Shown here in pieces: positions 13,085 to 24,043 of a stretch of 64,000 nt of DNA (its first letter is position 1; each line of letters starts with the position of its first letter). The DNA is from Camelus dromedarius. Lineage: Eukaryota. The notes beneath the pieces are model-generated. The model did not search any database and had not been told where the DNA came from. It was given only the letters and a program-made list of their open reading frames with translations. Location of the stretch: NCBI RefSeq assembly GCF_036321535.1, contig NC_087436.1:115880001-115944000 (forward strand). Direction: 5' to 3'. A program made the translations under genes and the position numbers.

Positions 13085-16000
13085 TGTATGTATATATATA
13101 GTTATATTTATATATTGCTGAGTGATATTATATAAATATATCAAAATGTATTTATCCATTATCCTGTTAGTACATACTGGAGGGTTTTTGTTTTTTTTTT
13201 TCTACTGTAAGTAAAACTGCTCTGAACATTCTCCTAAAAGTCTTTTTGTGGCATGTTTTCATTTCTCTTGAGCAAACATCTCGAGTGGAATACTTTAATC
13301 GTTAGATAGCTGTATACTTAACTTTGTTAGAAACTGCCAAGAGTTTTGCAAAGTGTCTGTAATATTTTATACTCTCAAAAGGAGAGTTCTGACTGCTTTA
13401 CCTCATCAGCAATATTTTGGTGTAGTGATTTTAGCTCCTTCTATGGATCTGTATGGTATCTTACGGTGGTTTAAAATGTACATTTTCTTGGTGGCTAATG
13501 ATGTCCAGTACTTAAAAAAATTTTTTCAAGTGTGCTTATTGGTCTTTATATATCTCCCTTTTTATTTTACATTGTTTTATTTTTCATATTATTTATTCAT
13601 ATATTTGGAGGGGGAAGGTAATTAGATTTATTTACTTATTTTAATGGAGGTACTGGGAATTGAACCCAGGACCTCATGCATGCTAAGCAAACACTCTACC
13701 ACTGAGATATACTTTCCCCTTTTCATTTAATTTTAATTGTAGGATACTTTATTACGGGGAAAAAAAATCTTTCCCCAGATAACTGTACAAATGATGTTAT
13801 CTCTCAGTTTGTGGCCTCCTTTTTCATTTTATTGAGAGTCCTTTGATGAACTGAGAAGCTTAATTTTTATAAAGGTCAATTTGTTATTTTTAAATATATC
13901 CTCAGTCTGTCCTCAAATAAATTTTTGCCTGCCCGTCAGTCACAGAGATGTTTCTTCTATGTTTTCTCTCAGAAACTTTCTAATTTTAGCTTTTGAATTT
14001 AGGTATCTGGCCCATTCAAATTAATTTTTGCATAGAATATGGACCAGGGGTTGAGATTCATCTTTTTTCTTAAGATAGTAATTGGTTTTACATAATTTTG
14101 AAAATTAATTTTTTTCATAGAATCAACTTGTTACCTTTTGTTGAATATTAATTGACTTGATAATTATGGGTGTATTTAATGAAAATTAATCTGTTACAAT
14201 GATCTGTTTGTTTATCTTTATGCCAGGTTAACACACTTAATTGCTGAAGCTTTATGTTGAATTCAACCTTGTTCTTTTTCCAAATAGTTTTGGTAATTCT
14301 AAGTTCTGGCACGAAAGTGTAGCTTGCAAATTAATGCAACAAAATCTTATTATAATTTGCTTCATGTTTTGCAGAATCTATTAATCAGTTTGGGAGAACT
14401 GACACTGGAAAATATTAATTCTTTAAAATTATGAATATGGCATATTTCTGCATTTATTTAGATTTTTAAACTTTTTAAGCAATGTTTTATAGTTTTCACT
14501 AAGGTCTTACAGATCTTTAGCTGTTTATTATTAAATATTTTATTATTTTATGCAATTGCAAAAAGTACATATACCATTTATTTGTCTGTTTATTATCTTG
14601 ATTTTCACTGTCCAAGTGCTTCAGTACACTGGGGAATGCAAGTGCCATGGATGGATATGCCTGCTCCGTCTTTAATCCTGGTTTTACCATTGCATCTGAT
14701 GTTAGTTGTAGGTTATTGTGCAGATGTCCCTTATCAGGTTGAAAAAGTTCCATTTAATCTACGTGTGCTGAGATTGGTATCAGTAGGGGTTTTTGCATTT
14801 ATTGAGATGATTATGTACATTTTTCTTTGTCAATAATGGCAAAGTAGATGGATTTATTTTGTAATGTTAAGTCAACCTTGCATGTGTTGGATAAATAGGA
14901 CTTGATCATGGTGTATTACCATTTTCATATATTGTCAGAAATGATTTGTTAATGCTTACTTTGTGAAGGTTTTTGTGTTTATTAATTAGAGATGCTGGTG
15001 CTGAGTTTTTGTCTCTTGCGGAGTGTCTTCCTGGTTTTGGTGTCCTAGTGATCTTGTCTCATAAACTCAGTTGAAAAGGGCTTCCTCCTCATCTGTTTTC
15101 TGAAGCAACGTGTATAGTACTTTAAACATCTGCTGGCGTTCACCTAGGAAGACATTTAAGCCTGGAATTTCCTTTGTGGAAAGATACTTAAATACAAAGT
15201 AACTTTCTCTAATAGATGCAGGGCTAGTCAGATCTTTTTTTCTTCTTGAGACAGTTTTGCTAATATGCATCTTCAAGGAATTCTTCCATATCATTTAAAC
15301 TGAAGAGTTTAATGGCGTAAAGGGTTTCATAATCATCTTTTAAGATTCTTTTATTATTATTAAGATTCTTAGCTATGGCATCTCCTTCATTCCTGATATT
15401 CCTAGTTTGTGTTTCATCTCTTTTCCTGGTTAGTCTAACTATGGGGGTATTAATTTTATTGCTCATATCAAAGAATCACTTCTTGCTTTTGTTGACTTTA
15501 TTGTTTATTCTTATTTTTTATGTATTTCTACCCTTATCTGTATTATTCCCTTCCTTCTTAATTTGCATTTAATTTACTCTTATTTTTCTAGCTTCTTAAT
15601 GTTTAAACTTAGATTATTAATTGTAAACCTATGTTCTTTTCTAATAGAATCATTTGAAATTACAGATTTCTCTCTAACTAGTGCTTAGCTGTATCCACAA
15701 ATTTTCTTTTTTATTTAAAAGATTCACTATATAGTAGAAATGATTTTGTATTTATTATTTTAAAATTATCTTTACTATGTTGTATTTAGTATTAATTTAA
15801 TGCTAAATAGTACTAAATACACAAATTATTTTTGATCCATGTGTTACCTGGAAGACTTTACATTTATTTACCAACTACCTATTTTTCAGATATTTTAAAC
15901 TATTTTTTACTAAAATTTCGTGATAGACAGATTGTTTGGTTTAATTTATTCAAAATCTGTTGAGTTGTTTTATAGTCCAGGATATGGATTATCTTGGTAA

Positions 16001-16785
16001 ATTTCTATAATGCTTGAAAACACTTCATTTTACACTTTTTGGGTATTCTATAAACATCAATTAGGTCAAGTAATTTGATACTGTTTTTCAGTTCTTCGAT
16101 ATCCTTAGTGATATTTCGTCTGCTCTATCAATTTCTGAGGGAGAAATGTTAAAAGTCTCAAATTGTAGAAGTTAATTTTTTAAAAAAATCTGTGGCTTTG
16201 GTTCTACCAACTTGTATTCATGTATTTTAAAGCTCTATTATTAGATGCATTTTAGGATTCTTAGATCTCCTTGAAAAATCGGCACTTTTATCACTATAAA
16301 TTTCTTCTCTTTATCACTGGTAGCATTTCTTGTTTTAAAGTCTACATTATCTGCTAATATTACAGCCACTCCAGCTTTCTTTTGATTAGTGTTCACAAGG
16401 TATGTCTTTTCGCATTATTTTACTTTTAACCTTTTTATTTCTTTCTGTTTAAAGTGTGCTCCATGTAAACAGCATACAATAAGGTTTATGTATCTAGTCT
16501 GCCAATTTCCGCCTTCCATTGAAATGCTTCATTAATTTGTATATAATTGAAATGATAATCTGACTGGATTTATGTCTATCATGTTCTTATTTGTTTATTA
16601 TTTTCTCAGTGTTTCTGTTTCTTTGCTGTTTTTTATTTCACCTGTGGACTAAGGCTCTGTGATCTCTGTTGCCAAGGCTGAAAAATAGTTTCATATATTT
16701 TGTCTAGTTTTCATCATTGTTGCTTCTTTTACAGGTGAAGAATAAGTCCAATATTTATTATCCATCATAACCAAAATGGGAGTGC
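13085..16785 (-). mobile_element. Old L1M element: degenerate ORF2 and extreme 5' end, with no ORF1 visible
   Basis: Antisense reading gives MIDINP at 16582, VCCLHGAHFK (endonuclease domain), and the ORF2-like ORFs 15067-15466 and 14517-14753; 16665-16785 resembles an L1MC/ME 5' terminus. Confidence 0.85.
13560..13719 (-). mobile_element. tRNA-derived camelid SINE (vic-1 type) inserted in L1
   Basis: Antisense ggggaaagtatatctcagtggtagag...gaggtcctgggttcaattcccagtacctcca contains A and B boxes, followed by an AT-rich tail. Confidence 0.9.
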
Positions 16786-17224
16786 TTTCCTATTTGTTTT
16801 GAAATTTCCGACGACTAACGAGCACTCCATAACCTTCCGGCTCTTATGTCGGGAAGAGATGGGCTTTACATGCTACGTTATCAGCCACATAAGTAGATGC
16901 GGATTGCAGAGCCCCTCCAGAGGACGGGACCCTGAGGGAAATCGGATCAGAGGTCTGAACAAGCTGTGCACCTAGAATCCCGATTTCAGGCAAGCTTTCA
17001 ACCTAAAACCAACCATCACATACTTTTGTGATACCTGACTTAGATACTCAGTGCCAAGAACATGAAATACGATTGATACTGAAAAAACACTAAACAGCCT
17101 GCTTGAGAAATCTTTCATCAGTAGAAGAGGGAGTGAGCCTGGCATTGGAGCAAAAGCTGGCTGAGATTAGCGCACCTTAACTATATGCTTCCAGAAAGAA
17201 AGCTTGTCAAGTGTGTTTGGAATA

Positions 17225-17694
17225 GTGTTAAGTCATCCATTGTCTTGTAACAAATGATGCTGGTAAAAACTTACCAGCTTATGACAATAAACACTTATTA
17301 TCTCACTCTACTTCTGTGGACCAGGAATCCAGGAAGTGTCTTAGCTAGCTAGTTCTGGCTCAGGCTCTGTCACGAGATGATGTTAATCTGCTGGCAAGGG
17401 CTATGGTCATCTGAGTAGTTGGCCAGCTTTGGTTTCTCCTTGGCTGATGACTGGAGACCTCAGGTCCTCACCCCATGGGCCTCTCCCCAGGCTACTGAGT
17501 GGTTTCATGATACAGCTGCTGACATCTCCCAAAGTGAGTGGTACAGAGAGAAGGAGACTTGTAATGAGCTAATCTCTGAATCACACACATCACTTTGGCT
17601 TTATTCTATGCATTGTGAGTCACAGATGAACACAAGGATGTTACTACCGGGAGGCAAGGACCACCGGGGATCATCTCCAAGGCTGGCATACACA
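17225..17694 (-). mobile_element. MaLR solo LTR (MLT1E/F-like)
   Basis: aacacttattatctcac...ttctgtggaccaggaatcc...gttctggctcagg...aggctggcatacaca. Confidence 0.8.
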
Positions 17695-17929
17695 GGAACT
17701 AGTATTAAGGGTCTCCTGGTCTTATCTTTTTGGGGGGTAGGATGTAAGAACTGCAAATACACAAAGACTCAATGCTAACGGAAGAGCACATTCTAGTGTG
17801 TGAAGTTCCTACTATTTAACTGTTTCATGTCGCCGTCTAAGCTCATCATTTGCATACAGATTATTCCGACCTCTGAAACTATAGTCTCACAGATATTTCT
17901 TCTGCAATTGCATGTAAATCAGATATTTT

Positions 17930-18310
17930 ATGTTTTTATGAAAAGCAAATATATTTATCACTTAAGGAAAACAAAAGAAAAGTCCTCTTAAATCACCCCA
18001 CCCAGAGATAACCACTATTAATCTTTTGATGAGTATTTCAGACATTTCCGTATCCACATAAATGTATCAACTATGTATTACATAATTTTATGTAATTTTA
18101 TGATAAGACTGCACCTGCTTCTCAGCACCTGCAGTTTTCACTTGATAACATGCTACGAGCAATTTTCCATGTCAATAAATATAGCTCTATACCATCATTT
18201 TTAGTGACTGCAGTGTGTCCCTTTGTGTGAGTCCTCTATAATTTACTCTACTAGTTACTTATTATTAGAATATTAAGGTTATTTCGTATTTATGTTTTTA
18301 GAGGAACTGA
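17930..18310 (-). mobile_element. L1ME-type 3' UTR fragment
   Basis: cccacccagagataaccactattaat...ttccatgtcaataaatatag. Confidence 0.75.
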
Positions 18311-18813
18311 ATGTGCAGCTGTGGGGACGCCCAGCTTAAACCCAAACCCAAAACACAGGGCATTCATTATCCTGGTTTTATTTCCTTTTCCATAGTTTGT
18401 TTTTTGTTTTTTGTTTTTTTGCTTTTTGTTTTTTAGATTTTAGTGGATATGCCAAGCTTCCCAATTCTTTGTGAAAGATGTAAAAAAAATTAAGGATTTC
18501 AAGAGGCCGGAGTTAGTAAAGAAATATGTGATTTCCGAGGGCTTTCATATTTTCCGAGTAAAGTTAACTTTATGAATTTTATGAGAAAACCCACAGTTCC
18601 CACTCTCCTTATTTTTCCTGAGTAGGACACACTGAAGACAGAGGGAAACATTGATCAGAGTCACTGATCCGATTAGCTCCAAAGGGCAAGCTTCAGTGCA
18701 AAAACTCACTGAGCAAGAACCCAACACCGAAGTCACTGCTGACCCACCGTTGCCTCGTGCTCATTTAATTCTCCCCATAAAAGTAAAAGAACATTGCCCT
18801 TAGATCATGTAAC

Positions 18814-18931
18814 TAGGGTGACCGTATAATTTATAACCCAAATGGGGCACATTAGGGAGTGAAATGAGATGTCATTAACCATTACCTGGTACCAGGGGCA
18901 TAAACCAAGCCTGGGACATATGTTCAACACA
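18814..18931. mobile_element. MER81-like hAT-Blackjack MITE, next to an antisense MIR (about 18935-19040)
   Basis: TIR tagggtgaccgtata ... gggacatatgttcaacaca; internal gagtgaaa and ggcataaacc. Confidence 0.8.
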
Positions 18932-19539
18932 AATACATCAATTAAGGAAAGTAAGATGCAGACTGCTGAAATGACTCACCCACAGCCACAGCCGTAAGTT
19001 AGCCGTGAATCAAAGCCAGACCTCTCCCGTTCCAGGTCCTTAACGTTTTTGCAGATTTCCTTGTCTCTGAATATCTTTGCATGTTTTTTTTCTGGTTGGT
19101 GCCACTTCTCCTTAGGTGAGATCTTACAGATACAATTTTTTATTTGCTGGCATTGCTCTCATGGAGACGTATTTCTATAGTATTGATGTGTTTATTCTTA
19201 GAGTCAACAAAGAGTTAGTAAATATTGTCTACACACTGGGCATCTTCATGTGCATCATTTTCCTCAAGATCCTGCAGCTTACGGATCTGCAGAGGGGTAG
19301 TTCACCGGTCCACCACTAGAGAGAGTGCTGGCCAAGAGTTTGGGTCCAGAGCCTGAAAGTTCGGTGCTCTCTGAAGAAGGAACAAGCAGGGCATTGGCTT
19401 CCTTATGTCACCAAAAGATTGAGAAAATTTTTAATACAGCCATAAAATCTTTTATTCCTTTTTTGCTAATTATTTTATTTTATTTCTTATTTTTTTATTT
19501 AAATTTAACATCTTTCAGAAACTTTGCTAATCTACCTGT

Positions 19540-19900
19540 GGCTTTTACCCCAAAACCTCCTACTTTGTCTTCTTTTTATTCCTAAAACTCCAATGTTTTC
19601 TTCAATCATTCAACTCATCATATTATATTATAATTACCTATTGCTTTTTCTGGTGCCATCCTTATCAATTAGGATCTTATGAAGGACAAGAAATATCTTT
19701 TTTATTTTTATTTCTGATCTTTTTTTTAAATGGAGGTGCTGGGAATTGAACCCAGGACCTCATGCATGCTAATCATATTCCCTAGTGCTGAGCTGTACCC
19801 ACCTCCCAAGAACTACCTTATTGACTTCACTCTTTCCAGCACAAGTTGGTCCTTGGTTAATGTTAAATAAGTTAGTGGAATAAGCAATGAATACATGAAC
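19540..19900 (+). mobile_element. L2 3' end interrupted by a SINE
   Basis: ttatgaaggacaagaa[SINE]...ccagcaca...gaataagcaatgaatacatgaa. Confidence 0.6.
19700..19806 (-). mobile_element. tRNA-derived camelid SINE (vic-1 type) with TSD
   Basis: ggaattgaacccaggacctcatgcatgctaa is shared with the 13560-13719 copy; TSD caagaaatatctt (19687-19699) / caagaactacctt (19807-19819). Confidence 0.9.
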
Positions 19901-20329
19901 ACAATGAAAGAATACAATATGATACGAGAGGATATCTATATTTTAGGATGGCAGTCTTGATACAGGATGCTTGTGATTAAGAAATCAAATTTGGATTTTA
20001 AAATTTCAAAGATGGAAGGCAGAGCCAGAGAAAATGTAACAAATATCACCAACTTTTAATCAAAAGAAAGGGAAGGGGACTATCTCATGTCACTTAGAAA
20101 GATAAATCATCAGCGTGAGCCAAAAAATGGGGACTTGGGACAAATCCTATTGTATGTATTAATGAGAAATACACATAGGTCTGAGGATTACTTGCATCTA
20201 TGCTTTATTTCTCAAGGATCTGAAGGAGGGAGAAGAAGTGAAGAAGAGTGAATGACCCAACCTCACCTCATGAATTCTTATTTACAATTAGAAGACCATT
20301 GGGTATGAGACTTGTTTCTTTCTTTCTTT

Positions 20330-21200
20330 TATAGTTACAAGACACTGTATGCTGGACAATCTTGGTTCTCTCGCCCAGGAGAGTCTACACTCCTTACTGC
20401 ATGTCATCTACACTTATCCATGTATCTGTAATCAGACCAGTGTTTAACTAAAATATTAAATAGGACACGGTTAAAGACAAGACCCTCAGATACATCACTA
20501 GGGACCTCTGTCACTTGACACTGACTCATGAATTCTTTCTTCATGATTTATGCAATCATCTAGGAATTAAATGATTACACTGTCATGTAACCTGCATTTC
20601 TACATCTTGAATGTGAGGGGACCATAAGATTTTTGCCAAATATCCTCTAAAATCCAGGTAAAAAATTTATCTATTTCTAAGTCTATCAACCCTGTCAAAA
20701 TGGTAACGGTAATAAGTTTAGTTTGCCCTGACCCATTGTCCATGAACCAATACTGGTTTTTTGGGTTTTTTTTTTAAATCGATTCCACATACCTTTTACA
20801 TAAATATCAATTCATTTAGTTGTTCAATACACTTTTATTTCTGATGAATTCTCCGTGATAAGCATTATGCTAAATGCTTGTGTCTAATCACTAGCTTTCA
20901 ATATTTTGCACCTACCTTTGGCATTTAAAAAATTAAACAATATTGCATGACCCCAGACTTCAGGAATCTAGTTTGTTCCCCCAGAATTCCAATCACTGAT
21001 AATAATTCTCTGATATCAACGTCCAGATTTTTTTTTAAAATCAGTATCATATATGTAATTTTTCTGGGACAGATTAGACAACTGAGGTCAAGATCCTCTA
21101 AAGCAACTCTCTGATTCTTTTCTGATGAGTTTCTCTCCTGTGGGACCTTATTTTTCCTGTACTTTCTCCATTGAGGACCACTTCCATGTTCTTTGAGCCC
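20330..21200 (-). mobile_element. Ancient CR1/L3 LINE reverse-transcriptase remnant
   Basis: Antisense translations SDVSEGLVFNRVLFNIL (cf. SGVPQGSVLGPVLFNIF), YLDFRG (cf. YLDFSK), NQYWFMDNGSGQTKL (cf. QHGFxKGRSCLTNL) and LDVDIRELLSVI occur in the correct order. Confidence 0.8.
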
Positions 21201-22509
21201 TTCCATGACCTACCTAGATTCTTCTGTAACGTAGCCTCAGTTCTGTGTGCTGAGTTGTGTCTTTTACTCTGTAACCTGCGTTTGACATTTGGTATTATTG
21301 GAAATGGGGAAAGGGAAGAAAATCTTAGCCTCTTTCAGTATTGTCATATTTCTATCTTCCTCACAGTGAGTGACATTGTGTCCCTCCCTATGACTTTTTA
21401 TGGTCTGGGTCACTTTTGTGTGTTATACTGTGCTGGCGCCATATTTCTAACAAGCCACAGATACTGTTTCTGTATGTCACCCTTACGTCTTACTCCCAGC
21501 TCCTGTTGTGACGTCTACCTGTGGCATCGTGATGTTTCGTGTCTATTGTGCTATGAACTGATGGTCCTCTTGGAGCAGAAGTTGATACGATCATAAAGAT
21601 GGTTAGGGGGAGACCATGTATATAAATCTTCTGAATCATTGGGTTCAATCTAAAACAGGTCCAAATAATGACTCAACATCATATATATTTCTATAATGCC
21701 AAACTCCATGTTTTAGAATTCTTTCTGTATGATTTTTGCCAATATTCTTTAGTAAAAGTATCTATTTTGCTCTCAAATCCTGCCTTTGGTTACATGAGGA
21801 TAGTTTATTTTAAAAAAAATAATTTGCAAAATTACTATGCAAGAATGCTTGGAGCCGCACAAACTACAGTGAATATTGATTGAGTGCCTGCATTGTAAAA
21901 AGCTGTGACTTTTCCCAGAAAACTTACCATGAAAAACAGAAACAAAACAACAACAATTAAGATGTAAGACAAAGCCAAGAACGAGCACACATCTCCGAGC
22001 CCTAAGGTTATTTTGTTTTGTGTTATTTTTTTCCCTTTCTTTAATTTTTCTTTTTGTAGTCCCTCCTAGGAACCTTGTCTCCCCAGGAGAGAAAGCCTCA
22101 TTGTTGCAAGATCACTGAAAGAGTCACAGAAGAAATGGGCTCTTTTGTTTTGACTCTTTATTCATCTTCTTTCCCTTTGACAAAATAAACACATTTGCAT
22201 TCTGAAGTCTACACCGTTCAGCTGCGCTTACCACAGATTAACCTCTGTAAAACCTTTTTATGAACTCTTTGGAGGCTTTGATAGTAAAGCTGCAAAATCC
22301 AGACTGTCTTCCTTTATCCCACTGGGAGCTGCTTGAGAAATTGTGTTGCTGGAGTGAATGCACGCCAGTTAGTCTCTGTTGGCTTATTGGCTTTGTGTCA
22401 ATTTCATCAGTGGCTGAATTTGTCAAATTGTGCATATCCTACTTGACTTTCTACTGGAAAGTTTCTCTTAACTTATTTCCTGTTTATTTGGCGATTCCAC
22501 TTGAAATAC

Positions 22510-22670
22510 TGCATTTTTATCCTCCCAATGATGGAGCCAGGGAAGATATCTGTATTTGCTTTTTTCAGATACTGAAGCTCATATTTCATTGGAACAAGCA
22601 ATTTACTCAGATCAGAAGGCACTTGGCAAAATCAGAACTTGAACTCAGGTCTTATGACTGCATATTCTTT
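22510..22670 (-). mobile_element. MIR
   Basis: atcctcccaat...ttttcagatactgaagct...gaacttgaactcaggtct. Confidence 0.6.
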
Positions 22671-23018
22671 TCACATTATTTATTTTTCACTCAATTTGGT
22701 GCTAAATTAAGGAATACAGTTAATAAACATTTTTATCCTAAAAGGCCTTTTCTGACTCTTTCTTTCTCAAGTCACTGCTCCATTTCCATTCTCCTCTTTA
22801 AGTAAATATTTTCAAAAGGGTTGTGCAGTGGGAGATGGTCCTAGGACAAATATAGTGGTGGAAGCAAAATAGTTTTTGGATCTCTTAGAATTCAACTCTC
22901 ACTATCCTCAAATAAAACAAAGAGAAAAACTAGGATACCACAATAAAAACCAATGGACAATTTCTACAGTAAAACCAAGTGATCAAGTATCTTCACAAAT
23001 GTCAAAAGTATAAGCCAC

Positions 23019-23484
23019 AATAGAATACTACTCAGCCATAAAAAAGAATAAAACAATGCCATTTGTAGCAATATGGATGGACCTGAGATCATCATACTAA
23101 GTGAAATAAGCCAGAAAGAGAAAGAAAAATACCATATGATATTACATTATATGTAGACTCTTTTAAAGAAATGACACAAATGAACTTATTTACAAAACAG
23201 AAACAGACTCACAGACACAGAAAACAAATTTATGGTTACCAGGGGAGAAAAGGTAGGGAGGGATAAATTGGGAGCTTGAGATTTGCAGATACTAACTACT
23301 ATATATAAAGCAGATAAACAACAAGGTCCTATTGTGTAGAACAGGGAACCATACTCAATGACTTGTAATACTCTATAATGAAAAAGAGGATGAAAAGGAA
23401 TACATCTATGTATAATCGAATCACTATACTATACACCAGAAATTAATACAGCATTGTGAACCAACTGTACTTCAATTAAAAAAA
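23019..23484 (+). mobile_element. 5'-truncated cetartiodactyl-type L1 3' end
   Basis: aatagaatactactcagccataaaaaagaat...cttcaattaaaaaaa; homologous to about 970-1460. Confidence 0.92.
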
Positions 23485-23647
23485 TGTATAAAGTTAGAGA
23501 CAACCACCAATAGCTGTGAGACTGATACAACACTAAGTTCTGTATGGAGGAAAGCAGAGGAAGAAAAATGGGGCATCTGGAAGCCCCAAGAGCAGAAAAG
23601 CTGCAAAATGGCCACAGGTATTGTTGCAATTTGCATCATCAGGAAAA

Positions 23648-24043
23648 TGTGCATCACAGACATTTATTAGGGAGTGCTCTTTGGATCTGTGCGCATGGAA
23701 GGGAGAAAACAGAAGCACTGCTGGGCAGGGGGAGAAGTTCAGCTGTTGTGATGCAGTTGTAAAGATGACTTCAGCAGATCTGGAGAACTCTGGAGCTGGA
23801 ACGGACTTCCCACATTGTCCCACGATGGTGCTGCCTGCATATTATTATACTTCTATGTTGATTAGTCATCGATTGTGGACAACTCCTAGGCTGTAGGACT
23901 TTTGGTGAAGCAGATTTCTCTTCAGCAATCCTTACAGAGGACAACAAGTTGACGGTCATCTTTTGGCAATACGCCCAGCAGATGGGTGAATATGGCTTTC
24001 ATTCCTGAAAGGAAATTTGGTCAGCACCTCACTGAGTCCACCA
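23648..24043 (-). mobile_element. ERVL LTR16C-like LTR
   Basis: tttattagggagtgctct...ggagaagttcagctg...ctctggagctgg...tcctgaaagg. Confidence 0.75.

Noticed and set aside
13645..13719. tRNA gene
   Set aside because: The tRNA-like head is followed by a SINE tail, and a second diverged copy has a TSD, so it is a SINE.
22260..22805. 181-aa ORF
   Set aside because: It runs through a MIR and has the L/F/S-rich composition of chance ORFs in T-rich DNA.
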